NCBI GenBank assembly: GCA_951406725.2
Contig: OX597821.1
Location: 56,110,001 to 56,174,000 of the forward strand
DNA: 64,000 bases
Direction: 5' to 3'
DNA from: Octopus vulgaris
Taxonomy: Eukaryota
The notes beneath the pieces are model-generated. The model saw nothing but the letters and a program-made list of their open reading frames with translations, was not told where the DNA came from and did no database searches. A program made the position numbers and the translations under genes. Positions 39,798-55,098 of the stretch are shown one piece after another. Within the stretch, counting starts at the first letter, position 1; every line of letters starts with the position of its first letter.

Positions 39798-42700
39798 CTT
39801 AGAAATATACTTTCAATATTCGGGAGAGTAGTTGTGAAGAATATGAGAACATTTAGCATTTAGTATTTACATGTGATGGAGTTTTTCCGCTACATTTATA
39901 AGTTAATCGTCACAAATTCATTGAAAACAAAATTTCCAGTTCTCATTATTTTGGAATTCTATCCGAGTTTTATGAGAAGCCCTTTATAGCTGTTTTTCTC
40001 GAACGAGAATAATTTTCTGTTGATAGACTTGAATGTCAGCAAAGAAATATGATATTTTGTAGGTTTCAATTGATTTTCGAAGCCATTTATGAGTTTAAAT
40101 ACTTTGAATTCATTCAGTCACTTGCTGAAGAAAGTATCATTATTACTGTTGTTGTTATTGTTTGGGTGTGAGCTGTTGGAATCATTAGCGCATCGGACAA
40201 AATACTCAGCGGTATTTTCCATGATTCTTTAAGTACTTGGCTCAAATCCCGCCGTGGTCAACTTTGCTTTCATCCTTTTAGGGTCAATAAAATAAAGGGC
40301 TTTGGGTCGATGAACTCGACTTACCTCTACCTCTAAATTTTCTGACCTTGTGCCAAATTTTGAAATAATAATACTTGTTGTTGTCCTTGTTTTCAGATAA
40401 TCTTGATGAGATGATGTTAAAGAAGTTACAGAATTGTCGGACGCCTGTTTAAATAAATTTTGATATTTAGGTTCAGTAGCACAATCGGTAGAGTGCTAGC
40501 CATAAGGTCTTGTGGTATTTTCCTGTCATTACTTTCTCAATTCAAATCCCTCCAAGCAGGGTTAATGAAGTAGTGCCTAGTTGATTTAATCAAGTCCATT
40601 GTTACCAAAACCAACAGCTATTTATGTAATAAATCATTATTACTAAACCACTTGTGAAATAAGAGGGATTAATAAAACAATGTCTTCATTGATATCCAAA
40701 AAAAAAAGAAAAAGAAAAAAGAAGTCAGCTTCAGATTAAAAGAAAATGGCGTTTCAATTTTCTTGACTTCATCGAAGATACATCTATTTATGTTAGAAAT
40801 AAGAAATATCCATTTCCAGAATAAAGGATGCATCAGAATGATAATTATGAAATGATGTTACTGAAATAATTGTTTCTGAAATATGTATAAGGTTGATAAA
40901 ACTATATTTAAAAGCCTCAACCATGGATAATGCAGGCAATGTGTTCTGGGGGAAAGAGAAGTATATAGAAATCCAATTCATTTTCTACGGAGAACAACTG
41001 CATGTTTGCGAATAGATAACAGTTTGTAGATTTATCTAGTTCGTGTATTATTAATATGTTCTATATAAATATATATTTCTATTTTTTGGTGTGGTTGAAT
41101 GGAAAAGATATTAAACTATAAACTGAGCAGTATATATATTAACTGCACAACTCTTTTTACTGTAAATTTACCCCACGATCGAATTATTACCATCTGGAAA
41201 TAACAACTATATCTTAATGCCTGCACTAACTCGTCTCCTCACTATTAAGTTCTTGCTGAAAAATTCTATTTTACCGTTTATCTTTTACTTGTTTCAGTTA
41301 TTTGACTGCGGCAGTGTTGTATTAATACTGCCTGGACCGTTACGATGGATTCGTGACTCATATCCTAAACACTACTAAATCCAAATGTGGCCGGAGCCTC
41401 TGAAACTAACCATAGTATTTATTGCGAAAACCTATTTATTGAAATGTGTATCACATAAATTGTGCGGCACTTCAGAACATCTAAGGCTAAAATAACGTTT
41501 TCATTTGTAATTGCTATTCTTATATTAAAGAGGTTAACAGTGAAACGATTATTAATTTCAAGGCGCAAAACTATTACTTAGGTCTGCACTACTTATATGT
41601 TGTTCACGTTCTTAAGGTGGTTTGTGTGAGTGAATAATTTGGCTGCTATTTCTAGGCAGTCGAACGTTGACACTGACGCTCTTTGTTGACTTTATATATT
41701 CCCGGTTGTGCATGGCAAAGGTACTTATCTTTCAATGACTATGCCCACCTTATTTAAACCAGGCATCAAATGGTGGTATTATTCACTACTCTAGGCAGCA
41801 GTGTGGAACTAAGAAGTTTCTATTTTTTATGTGGGGCTTTGCACAAGTGAGTTTGGCCTCTCGGACTGAAAATCCCGTGAAACGATATGATATTGTCTCA
41901 CAGGAAAATTATTTATTTCCTACCTCTTTAAAGATTCCTGAAGCGTGAGTTATGTTGGAATTTGTAGATCCTTGAAATTTAGAAAAATGCTTAACATACT
42001 TTTCCATTATATCGTAAAGATATGTGGCTGTCATTCTTTCCTTCAATATATCTTTCTATTTATGTGGTAAAATGCTTATTGGCGTTTCATCCGTCTTCAC
42101 GTTCTGAATTCAAATTCTGTCAAGGTTGACTGTGCCTTTCATCACTTTGGGTCGATAAAAAAAGTACCTGTTGAGCACTGGGGTCGTTTTAATCGACTTA
42201 TATCTACCCGCGAAACTGCTGGGATTGTGTCGGTATTTGAAATCAATATTTCTTTCTTTTTCTGGTGTTTTAGTTCTCCTCACACAAATACATCTTTCTT
42301 TTGAATCAATTTCTCATTGTCATAACTATTACTCGCAGTAAAAAAAAAGCAACAAACAGAAAGAAAACAAAAAACTTTTGAAGCTATCGTCTAGAATATA
42401 ATACTTTCTTCAGAATGTCCGAAAAGTAACTCAACAAATTTCGCCCAAACTGGACTGAAGATTAAGTGTTTAGATGGGAAACTAACTTTACTAACTATAG
42501 AAAATATGTTAATGTCTCTAGCTAACGCTTTGTTATCCTGAGATTGCTTTAAAAAATCACGTCTCTCTCTATTTCCTCATTTTTCTAAAGTTTCTGACGA
42601 ATGAGTGAATAAGCACCGGCGACTTTTTGTCATTCTGAAATTGCGAATGTATTATTGTCATGTATTTATAGATCACATGCCCACAACACAAACGAAATGT

Positions 42701-42851
42701 TATTAGCTTAATAAAAATCATATCATCATTACCTTCATTTAATTAGCTAGACAAAAGTCTAGATATAGCCTAAAATATCTTATATAGTTTATGAATAGAT
42801 CAAAATTATGCGATTATCTAACAAAAGACCATTTCTCACGCATAATGAAAC

Positions 42852-42932
42852 GAAGAAGAAGAAGAAGAAGAAGAAGAAGAAGAAGAAGAAGAAGAAGAAG
42901 AAGAAGAAGAAGAAGAAGAAGAAGAAGAAGAA
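42852..42932. repeat. (GAA)n microsatellite
   Basis: Direct reading. Confidence 0.95.
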
Positions 42933-43304
42933 CTCCGGGATGATAAATCCAGAAGTCTGATATAACTAAACATTCTCAGTAACATCTCTAAATTAATTTT
43001 ACCTCCACTTTATAAAAAAACAGTATTTATGTCATACATAAGGCAAGCGCTATTTTGGAAATAAATTTACGAAATATGGTGCTCATTCGCTATGCTTTTC
43101 TTGAGAAAAAATATCAGTGCCTTGGAAAGAACGTTCAGTACAGTGAGAGGCCCTTCACAACGTGTTATATTTACTTTCTATGTTCTATTATTACAGTAAC
43201 CACATTACTGAATCGTTCCCCATTTCTGAAGAAGAGATACTGTGTGTAGTCTCCCGTGACACAGTTTACGATACAAAGTAGCCGATTCAGGTAGACCAAG
43301 AGAG

Positions 43305-43347
<43 letters not shown>

Positions 43348-44179
43348 GAGAAATAAAGAAAGAAAGTAAGAGAGCAGGGGGAGATTCCAGGCACGTTTGC
43401 CATTGACCTAGAAAGGATCAAAGCAATGTTGAGGTCTTAACTTAAAGCGCGAATAGGCATTCAGTCATTCCGACGTTTAAACGACTGTGAACGGGTTCAT
43501 TACATTGGAGACAAGTGTTGATTTATTATTACGGCATAACAATACCAATCAATAAATTTGTGTGGTTAGAGTTCACTTGATAGATGTACCAGTACATTAT
43601 TGGATGTCAATTTAATAAAACGATTTGATGTCACAGAATTTCGACTCTTTTACGAAGGCAATTTTAATTTACAACAAAGGAAACAATTATGCTGAAACTA
43701 GGATTCGTTTAATATTCATTGTATCAACCCCAGCGCGATGATAGACAGAACTCTACCTTAATGCAATTTGAACTCAAATAGTCAAGGAATCACAATCACT
43801 GATTTGTTTACCCATCACTTTTGAAAAAGTGCAATATCGGAAGAATATAATAGATTTTATTTATTATTTACAGTCAGCAGACAGAGGTTTCTTTATAAAT
43901 ATTTTGATACTAATGCAGACTTTTAGCAATGTATTTATAAATGCTGAAACAGTACAAAGATGTAGACGTTGCAGTAACTCCACAAAATGGAAACTGCATG
44001 ACATGAGTTATTGAAAACTGAGTTTTAATGTCGAACATTAAAAAAAAAATTATGAAAAACAAAAAAACTCAAAGAACATCAGACTTAGAATCCATACATT
44101 TAATGGAAAGGATTGCGAAACAATAGTAATTCTAAAAACTAAAAACAAAGAATGAACAAGCAAAACAGATATGGCTGTG

Positions 44180-44269
<90 letters not shown>

Positions 44270-44714
44270 CAGTTTTATTTATATATCAAATAAAGATTTA
44301 ATGCGGTAAAATAGACGTTATATGTCTCATGCATTTTCTTCTTATTCAACACTCGACACAAAGAATATTAGCTGTAGTAATGGTACATAAGACGAAAATC
44401 ATGATACAGCACTCTGGAATTTTGCAATGACTATATTTAGTAAAAATATATATGTAAAGAGATAAATTAAATATTAATAAAATTACATATTAAAAAAAGA
44501 AAGCTATTTTCCCAAACAACTCTCTGTCTTCATATTTTCCTGCTATTCAAAGCGAAATTCATTATAATTATGCTCAAAATTAAGGAGAAAGAAAATATCT
44601 AGCGACACATTTTATGCATGTTTCTAATATTTCTTGAATAATTTCAAAAATTACATGTGCATATATGAGTATGTATGTATGTATGTATGTGTGTGCATTT
44701 ATATACATAAATAC

Positions 44715-44773
<59 letters not shown>

Positions 44774-44885
44774 AGATAAATATATAATTATATATATATA
44801 TATATCTATATGTATATATATGTGTGTGTGTGTGTGTATACACACATGTGTGCGTGTGTATACACACATGCATATATATATGTGC

Positions 44886-44929
<44 letters not shown>

Positions 44930-47900
44930 ATGCATACATACATACACCAGTACATACACATATATACATAATCATAAGAAAATACGACATAGAGACAAAA
45001 CTTGATAACAGTAAATTTAATCAGTCAATCCCTGCTGAGCACGGAAGTATGCCACACGCTATATGCTTTTGTTATGTGATAACATATTATCATTTACTAA
45101 TGATATTTATATCAACACTGGTTGCTGTCAATACTGTTTAAAGCTGGCATGAAATGGTATTCTCTCTTCGAAATAAATACATTCTTATTTAAACTTCGTA
45201 ATTTCTTTTCAGAAGTTGTTAATTTTAAAATTTCATTTATCCTCACTCACTCGAATAATGACTGTACCATTAGCAGCTGAAATATATCCTCCTTTCTGAA
45301 GATACAATTGATTTTTTTTCCCTCTGAAGGATTTCGACTTCAGCCTGAAAGCTAACGAAACTCCCCTTAATTACACAATAGTTCAACTGCTTAAAGTATG
45401 AAGTTAGGTTTATTACAATATCAATTTTTAAATTAGATCGACTGGCTTATCGAAATTAAAATGCACTTCGGGAATGCAATAACCAAATACACATCTTTGA
45501 GCATTTAACTGCTAAGATAGGTCAGACTACTGTGTTCCATATCAACTCATTCAGCTGTGATATTCTTTAGAAGTTGAAAACCAGAATATAATAAGAGAAC
45601 AATCAATATCAAGTATTGTACAAACAAACGATTATATAACGATATAATAGAATTCTTTGATTTAATAAACAATGTATAATGGAATATGTTGAAAGAAATT
45701 ATGTTGTGTTTAATGAATTGTGTTAGACTGTTGATATCGTGGCAGACAGTATTAATGACCTTTAGCATAACTTGTTGGTAATCAAGAACTCATTAAATCA
45801 GTCATAATTAAAATGACTAATTTTCGTTAAGCATCTTAATTTTAGATACAAAGCCATGATTGAAGGATGAATATCAAAATACCTTAAAGTCTTCTATTAA
45901 AATATTTTCAAATACTTTTTTTTTTAAATGAAGCAAACAATAGTGAAATGCAGAGATAACAATGAAATTGCTGAAATATATTCAATAAAATTCAAAGAAA
46001 AATTAGAATGTTAGATGACCTTGTATTTTTCATAATCTAGCAGTGTAATATTAGATGTCAAGCTACACGGCTAAAAAATGTTTGAGACATGCTGATATAC
46101 TTCAAAACAAGGGTTTAACGAGGTCAATAATACATGGTGATTGAATGAGATTACGTTAATTGGACTATACACCGATAAATAGACAGGCACCTCTACATTA
46201 TGTCACTAACACATGTGTGAGCTGTCAGCTGTCTCTATGTTAAGTCCAGTAATTCCCACAATGAAATTTTCGGATATCATGCGATCTGACTCGGTAAACA
46301 GTACAAAGGCATTATTAACCATTTTTTTTTTGTTAATATATCCACTGACTGTTTTCTCGCAGACGTTTGCATAATAATAAAATGCAATACATATGAATTT
46401 GTAATGAAGGAAATTCTAATTTGTCGGGAAAGGAATGAGCGTGTGCTGGAAAGACATGAGATTAAAGTGAATATAGGCGCTAAAGAGAATAGAATGATGG
46501 TTGTCAGAAGGTTGTCAAAAATAAGCAAAAAATAATCACACACACACATACATGTATGTGTGTAAGAAAAGAACTTAAGAAGGTAGTGAGAAAAAAGAAG
46601 AAACAGAAAAGGTAGCTTAAAACTATTAGAGAAGAAGAATCTATGATATTGTGAACCGGTGAAACCGTAACAACAGATACTGCGGCGGGTAACATAGGCA
46701 AGTATATGGAATGCATACATCAGTAACGCATAGATATGCAGATATTTGTTTATATTCCCGCACGTACACAGGGATATATATAAACAAATATCCAGGTTCA
46801 TATGAACAAAAGAAAACCTAAACGGTAGAAAAAGATGATGAAGTGGAGTAGTGGGGATGGGGGTGAAGAAAAAAACAACAAAGAAAGGAAGGAAGGAAAA
46901 GCGCTTTCCATCCACTGAAACCAATGAGTAAGGGACTTTCAAGACGCTTTTTCGTTTAATTTTTGTGTCTGTTGGAGCGTACTTGAGAATTGTTTTTGAC
47001 AATTTTGTCCCACTACTGTACTATATGTTACAGAGGTCACTCAGTAGCAATGGTGACAGTTGAGGAGACCGGTCACTGAATTATTTCGTTCTGTGTCCAG
47101 GAGAAATTGGAGTTTGTGAAGGAAAAGCTGACGGATGAAAAGTGTTGAAAAGGAAGCATTATTCAAAAGTGTGTGTGCACCAAAAAATATTGTCGTTTCT
47201 TTTTATTGCAAAGGTTCGATGAGAAGTGGAATCAACGATGAATGATCTTGGATGTCAGTGTGTAAAGCAATGACACATTTCCTCAAATCTAAAACGGACA
47301 ATATCTTACCACTCAGTTACACTGATTTAGTCACTTAATCGTACAAACGAAACAAATCATCAGAATGATAATTATTCATAAGAAAATTAAAATATTAAAA
47401 TATGTTTCACTTCTCTGTAGTGTGCTTTCTCCATTCATAAATTGCCACCATAAAATGTATGAGATTATATGCCGGTAAGTATTATTTTCTATCTTCTTAG
47501 CATACACTACTTAGCAACACTATCTCTATAGATGTAGAATCAACAAAGAAAGTTAACTATTGAACTAGATACCTTGCCGGTTCACTATCTCATTGTTCTA
47601 AATTTATATGTCACAGAAGATCAGAACATCACCTCTGGATCGATAGAGTACCTGTAAGCATCGACACTATATTCCATGAAAGATATGCTTCCATCCAAAC
47701 AATTGGCTTTTGTATCCATAGAGAGAGCTTCACGCAAATGCCTTGCAACACTTATTCATTTTAATCAATTCAAATACCATCATCATCATCTACCTCTAGT
47801 GTATTTACTCAAAAAGTATCAATTACAGTCTGGATTTATTCAATTAGCTATACACCCGTCTTTAAAAACAACTAGCGTCTTATTCGTCAAAAAGCAATTT

Positions 47901-50050
47901 AAAACTTAATTGAAGGAATGAACGAAAAAGTATTAGTGTAAACAAAACCTCATGAAGTAAGTTAGAATATTAAAAAGAAATCTTATAAATCTATTGTTAT
48001 GATGCTAGTTCAAAGATTATTGTCCATAAAGATTACAAACCATTTAGTTGTCGGAAATGCACAAATTTGAAAGTTACATGATAGTAGTATCCTGTCGGGT
48101 AGCATACATGGGCTTTTTAAATGTTATATTCCTTAGTCTTTCTGAATCGAAACACTTTTTAAAAAATATCTAATATTTCACGAAATGAAATCTATTTAGT
48201 TGACAGTAGCCTGGTTATTTAGATGAAGTATATTAGTGTCTTACAATAATTTAAAACGTTTTCAGAGTTACTTATTGTAATAGCGCACCTTTAATGTAAT
48301 ATACATACAGTTCAAGACATAATGTGGCGAGTCTGGCTATTGAATTAAAGTAACAGTCCATCGAAAGAATCCAACAAAATTTTTCTCAATTTGACTTACA
48401 CCATCTGGTTTAGTTGGAATAGGAGCTACGGCAGTATAAATTGTTTGCTAAATCGGGAACCTTGTGATTGTAGAACGGGTCGACATTAAGCTGTCTTTAA
48501 AACATTCGTGGGCTCTCAACTTTGCCCGGTCCATTTTGTGATATGAAGAATAGCAGTATTCATAAATGGAGCAACTGCTGATCACAGTAAGATGACCGTT
48601 CTAGAACTTCCGCTGATTTCTGGACACCACAATCAATCGAAAGTCATGTAATTAGAGATTTTTCACCGTTGCTTCTTCTCGAAACTAAGAAATTTATTAT
48701 ATATAGGAAAGCCAGTTGAATTATTGGTGCTATCCATATTAAATATATTATGAATTCTGACATGTAATGGTTTATCATATAGAATGCAGTGTGGCAGTTT
48801 AGGAATTTTCTTAACTGCTAAGTTTGTTGCTACCTATCTTAATTATAGCGAGAAATTTTACTTGACGGGTTTATAGTTCTACGTTTAACTTTAGATGTCG
48901 TTCCTCAGGGATGGAATTCACCAGCGGTTGCACTGGAGCTGACGTGCCTCGTTGTTATTCAAAAAGATTGCAAGAAAATTACAGGTGATATTTTAAAGAT
49001 TCTTCTTCATTTTAGCGATTACTTCTTACAGTTTTCAATTGCTTGTCTTCAGCTGTATCAGCCAGAGAGGGAACCTCTAGCTCGTTGTGTACCAAATTTT
49101 CCACTAATCCACACAAGCAATTACAAACTCCAAACTAATAACTTTACCAACATTTCAGCTCTCTGGCACCTCCCCTCTCTTTCTCTGCACATTTTTGTGC
49201 ACCAGTCAATTTGCGAAGGGCATGAACACATTCCTTTCCTACAGGTCGGTCCATAAGACGATTCACAACCTTATGATGTCTTTAGAACGGAAGAACACAC
49301 AGGTTAAATAGTTCACGATACAGTAAAATTGAGAAAGAAACCCCACTAAAACCGGATGGTTGAAGTGGTCACTCCGATAGGAATGATAAAAATTCGACAC
49401 AAATAAATTGTATCTGAAATATTAAATTGCTGATGGTCTACGTTTCATAGGGTAAACGATTAAGATCCTTCCCAAATCACATAGACACATAGGACAGGTT
49501 ACTTGATCTGTGTGGTGCGTATATTTTTCTCAGGACGGGACACTGGTCCGTCGAAGGATTACTCACTTTTGCTAACTGAGTAGACTTGAGTAACGGCAAA
49601 TGAAGTGTTTTGCTCAGGAACACAATGCAACGCCTGGTACATAGATCTTACTCATAATCTTACGACCATGAGTACAACAACCTAATCACCAAGCCATGTG
49701 CCTTAGCCTACGTTACATAGGTCTGCTCAAATCAGTGATGTCATGTAACAGAACAAAGGCAAAGACAATGTGCAATGATAACTTTGAAGACGGTTCCCAG
49801 TATTTTTATATAACCATAACTTTAGCATTCTCACCATTCTCATTGACGACATCATCATCAGTAGCAACAAAAGTAGGTTCGACAGAAATAATAATATAAA
49901 CACAATATTAATAATACTTAAAATTATTTTATTTCAAAAGCACGAAACCGGAGATTAATAAAAAGAAAACAAAAATCAAAACGGGTTAGCAGAACTGACT
50001 ATAGATTTCGTTTTGCCTAGAGTTAAACAACAATAGCAATAACAAAAACA

Positions 50051-50063
50051 ATGATGATGATGG

Positions 50064-50118
<55 letters not shown>

Positions 50119-50120
50119 GA

Positions 50121-50160
<40 letters not shown>

Positions 50161-50248
50161 GACGATGACAAAGACAACGACGACGATGATGACGATGACG
50201 ACGACGATAGTGATGATGATGAGGAGGATGACGACGATGATGATGATG
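50051..50248. repeat. (GAT/GAC)n microsatellite
   Basis: Direct reading. Confidence 0.95.
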
Positions 50249-50653
50249 TCATTGTCATATTTCTATTACCAGACAAATCCCATAAGGGTCAAATGAATGT
50301 ACAAATGTTTTGAGATGAATGAGTTACGAATGATTTCCAGAAGCATATTTTGTAGAACAAAAATACAAGAACAAAATATTCAATAGATAACATATATTAT
50401 TTATATTATTGTTATTGTTGTTGTGGTTGTTATGTCGTGAACAGATTCTCCAATGTTAATGTCATATTCACATTTATCTAATATGAAAAAGGGGGAAAAA
50501 GTAGCCAAACATTTACTTTATAAATTGTTATCTCTATAGCATGATCACAGATACTTTGACTTTGCATATGCCACATACAAATAATACACACACACACGCA
50601 CACACACATACATACACACACATATATATATATATATACATATATATGTATAC

Positions 50654-50708
<55 letters not shown>

Positions 50709-51015
50709 TATATACATGTATATATATACACATATATATATACATATATATATACATACACACACACATATATATACATACATATATATATATATGATTA
50801 TTATCCATGGAGAAAAGTTTCAAAGTGACTCAAGGTCCGAGATTTTCGTGCATAGCCCTAACATAAGTACCTTAGACGAAACTCTTGGCCTTTGAGTGGT
50901 TTTTTTAAAGTTCTGATGATGAAAAATAATAAATCAGATGCACTCCCGTACTGAATTCTATTGTTCTGTTTATTGCACTGAACCTACCTACCTACCTACC
51001 TACCTACCTACCTAC

Positions 51016-51046
<31 letters not shown>

Positions 51047-51293
51047 CATACATACATACATACATACATACATACATACATACATACATACATAAGCACA
51101 CACTTGTATAGAAGAATGTATGTAGGATTGTGTGCGTGTATTTATGTATTTTTGTTCTACCTTCCTTGAGGCCTCATCTTCTGGTGAAGCTGTGGGGGCA
51201 CCGTCTGCGCACACGGTGTGTCTTAAGGAAAATAAACCGAGCAGAGTTCGTCTGTTTTCATATATAAATACAGTCTATTCTTACCAGAGAGAT

Positions 51294-51297
<4 letters not shown>

Positions 51298-51326
<29 letters not shown>

Positions 51327-51429
51327 AAGAAGAAGAAGAAGAAGAAGAAGAAGAAGAAGAAGAAGAAGAAGAAGAAGAAGAAGAAGAAGAAGAAGAAGAA
51401 GAAGAAGAAGAAGAAGAAGAAGAAGAAGA
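51298..51429. repeat. (AAG)n microsatellite
   Basis: Direct reading. Confidence 0.95.
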
Positions 51430-51659
51430 AAGAGTAATTAATCATTTTCCCCAGTATTTGCTCGTTTCCATTTATTATAGAGCAACTCCAATATTAGTCT
51501 CTATGATCTTTTTCTCTCTGAAGGAGATGTGTTCAAAACTTCACTACTCACTGAAATTTATTTTTCTTCTACGAAAATTGAGAAACCTCCCAGAGACAGA
51601 CCCCAAAAATCACTATCGCAAATGTGTTGGATTCAGGATCTTAACATTTTACATTATAT

Positions 51660-53300
51660 TACACTAATTGTGTGACCCTATTTCCCTATTGCACCTACAC
51701 TAACCTATTTACACAGAGTTTACACCATGAACTAAAAAAATGCATATTCCCTTTGTTCCAGCAGCCGCCACAGAAACCTACATTTGTCAAATTCATCTTC
51801 ACCAAAGTAAAATTTTCTATCACCACGTAAATTTGGATCCCGCTTCTGCTGTTCCTCTTGTCCTTGCAGGTGACTGCCACCATACCAACACTGAATATAG
51901 CCCCACAGCCCTTTGTTTCATGTTATAAATGATAACTCTGAATCGTGACATCAGACATTCCTGTCGTCTTCTTACTCCAACTCGTCCACACTATAGCCAT
52001 TTACAGCTACCATCTTAACCGACGTTGTTTCGGTTTCCTTCAAGATACAGAAAACCTTCCCAGCTACTGGTGCTTCAGCGAGCAGTCATATCATACCGAC
52101 ACATGCAACAGCCTATTTGCCTTACGAACGCTTCGCCTAAACTGAAATCGCTATTTCATATTCACATGTATGGTTGTGAAGATTCTGACGCACACACTGA
52201 GGCCGGACAGTTTCTTTAATGTGCTTAGTTTGGGATGTTCATCCTCAACAGAGTACGAGATGTCTCAATTTCTGGATGCAAGTAGTATTGTTCTAACTAC
52301 GTGCCTAACTTATGATAGTACAATTAGGACCTGCCCCATGATAAATATAATTATCGTCTAAATTGTTTCCATTGCCGTAAACGACAAAAGATGCTTAATA
52401 TCGCTCCTTGAGATCTTGTCTGACTCTGTCAGCGCTGCCAATAGCGTGACAGCATCATAGAGCCGGTGGATCAAGGATAAACGGCAGTGTACTGGCATAT
52501 TGATTTTTGCCGGGAGGAAGCCTTTTGTTAATTTAACGATGACCAGAAACATTACAGACATAACATTCTTGTAAACCAAACTCTAATTTCTACTGTGATA
52601 TTCCGGCTCATCTACATTTTCTCTTTTTCTTCAGTAGTAGTAGTAGTAGTACCAATTTCATTCCCCAAAGAGCCCGCACTTCCACTAATTCCTTGTTAAT
52701 CCCCAACCCAACAATTTTATCTCCGCTTGCAACTGTCCTTGATCGCTGCACTTTCATTGAAAATGAAAACTAAAACTAGACAAGCCTATTCATCTATGAT
52801 TCCTCTTCCAGACCTGTCAAACTCTTCTTCACTATCGACGTAAAGATCTTACACATAGTTATCCTCCAAGATAACCCTTGTACTCGATCCGTACTTTTTC
52901 ACTTCGCAAACTCGTTCTTACTATAAATTGTTTCTCTTCGTCTCGTAATTCCTGCCAGCGTATAAACAGAGTATTTGTAGGAATTAAGACTGGTCCAGTT
53001 ATATCAACTTGTCCTTGGGTCACACCGAGGGCTAAATTTTCAGTTAGTGGTCTCCATCAAAATTTAAATTAAACAAACGAAACAACCAGTACACTGATGC
53101 AGACGCAGCCTTACTATCCAAAGATAAACTTAGAATTTTCATATTTCGCATGAACATCCTCCACACAAGACTGGAATTCACTTCCACCATCTTTATCAAC
53201 TTAGACACCTCTATCCCTGGTGACAACCTTCTCAATCCACACTGGTTCACTACAAAGTCACTAACTCTCACACCTAACACGAGTCTTCTTTAAATATTGG
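51660..53300 (-). mobile_element. Highly degenerate RTE-type LINE
   Basis: VGVRRRQECLMS near 51945-51995 resembles the VGxRQGCxMSP RT motif; endonuclease-like remnants near 52690-53280. Confidence 0.5.
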
Positions 53301-53895
53301 TGGTGGTTTTCTGTTGTTCGACAATGAGGATTGTTAAACTAATTGAATAACCTATTTTTGAATCGACGCATATTTGACTGAGCCTCTAGCAGACTCGTGC
53401 ACCATTAACATAATTCTCACATAAAATAACCGTGACACACGGTGTGATGACGATGTACCTTTGAGTTACTAGCACAGACCCAACCAACAGGCTTCGATAC
53501 AGTTTCCGTCAAGACGATTTCACTAACAGGTAGTAGTTTGAGCCAAGCGAGGGTAAAAAACTTTTGGTCAAGATCCCATATTGGGGATTAGCATGTTTGT
53601 GAACTGAACGTCTCAACTGCGCTGCCATGCTTCCTCCTAAACACACACACATACACGCACATAGAGACATAATACATCGATTGCATACATATAGAGACAC
53701 ATATCATGTAATGTACATACATACATACACATATACATACATACATACATACACACATATGCACACACACACGTCTATGTGTATGTATTTGAGAGACCAT
53801 ACGTATAGTTATCCATAATATACAGATATAATATATATATATATATATTGCTTTGACTTCATTATTGCAACTTTATATATGTATAAGAGAGGGTG

Positions 53896-53944
<49 letters not shown>

Positions 53945-53974
53945 AGAGGGTGACAGAGAGAGAAAGAGAGAAAT

Positions 53975-54450
53975 AAATGCAATTATAATTAAGGGCACAG
54001 AAGCTACCATGCTTATATGCTAGAAAGTGATGCCAAATACGTCCAACCCTGTAAGTTTCATTTCAATATACACATGTTGAAAGCAGGAAAAGCAGACCAA
54101 CCAAAAATACGTTAAATAATTCTGGTAGTTACAGATTGATCAATTTTTGGATAAGTTATTAAACGTATCCAGAAATTGATCGATCTAGAACTACCAGAAA
54201 TATTTTACGAATTTTTGGTCAGTCCAATTTTCCCGCTTTCAACCCGTGTATATTGAAGAGAAACTTACAGTGGTTGGCCGTATTTGGCGTCTCTTTCTAT
54301 CATATAGGCACGGTAGCTTCTGTACCTTTAATCATAATTGTATTCTATACATTTATAAATCTCTCCATATGAATTTTGCTTAAAAGGTTCTTTTGTATGT
54401 GCTGGCCACTGATAAAAATCCATTAATTTAAATGATTTTATCCTTTAAAT
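53975..54450. repeat. (TA)n-flanked diverged fold-back element (about 180-bp arms) plus tail
   Basis: aatgcaattataattaagggcacagaagctacc ... ggtagcttctgtacctttaatcataattgtatt; centre ggata-agttattaaacg-tatcc. Confidence 0.85.
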
Positions 54451-54477
54451 ATGTATATATATATATATATATATATA

Positions 54478-54585
<108 letters not shown>

Positions 54586-54789
54586 CATATATATATATAA
54601 CACAGTCAAATCAAATAAACAAACATTAAAAATAACAATAAACTAGAGGACATGCACATAGAATGTATTAGTTTGACGCGCAGGGAAAAGTGAAAGTCCA
54701 AAGAAGGAAAACAATTCACCAACAATACGAATGTACTTATATTGTGCTGAGTAAGTTAAGAAACGTGACGAGGGAAAATTTTGTAAATA

Positions 54790-55024
54790 GAATTATACGC
54801 TTAAGTTTATAAATTTTCACCGAATATTGACTATAGAAAATAGTCTAATATTGGGGCATATAAACCCTCGACGGAATAATGATGGGCATTAGTGTTGATG
54901 GGAAACGAAACCACACCTCTTATTTCCTTTTTTTGCAATTTGAGAGTTTATATGCCCCAATGTTTGACTATTTTCTATAGTCAATATTCAGTGAAAGCTT
55001 ATAAGCTTAAGATTGTAATTATAC

Positions 55025-55025
<1 letters not shown>
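54790..55025. repeat. Inverted repeat (about 80-bp arms, about 70-bp spacer) next to (TA)n
   Basis: cttaagtttataaattttcaccgaatattgactatagaaaatagtc..ggggcatataaac versus gtttatatgcccc..gactattttctatagtcaatattcagtgaaagcttataagcttaag. Confidence 0.8.

Positions 55026-55098
<73 letters not shown>

Noticed and set aside
45251-45276. Possible minus-strand micro-exon (ANGTVIIR); also a strong acceptor near 40946
   Set aside because: Too short to assign, and no consistent gene model.
46277-47002. 241-aa ORF
   Set aside because: Low-complexity Phe/Leu-rich reading of the strand opposite purine-rich DNA; non-ATG start and no motifs.
47034-47474. Possible plus-strand exon (ttacag acceptor, AAAATG at 47455, gtaagt donor at 47475)
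   Set aside because: Encodes only MYEIICR, with no convincing downstream partner exon or homology.
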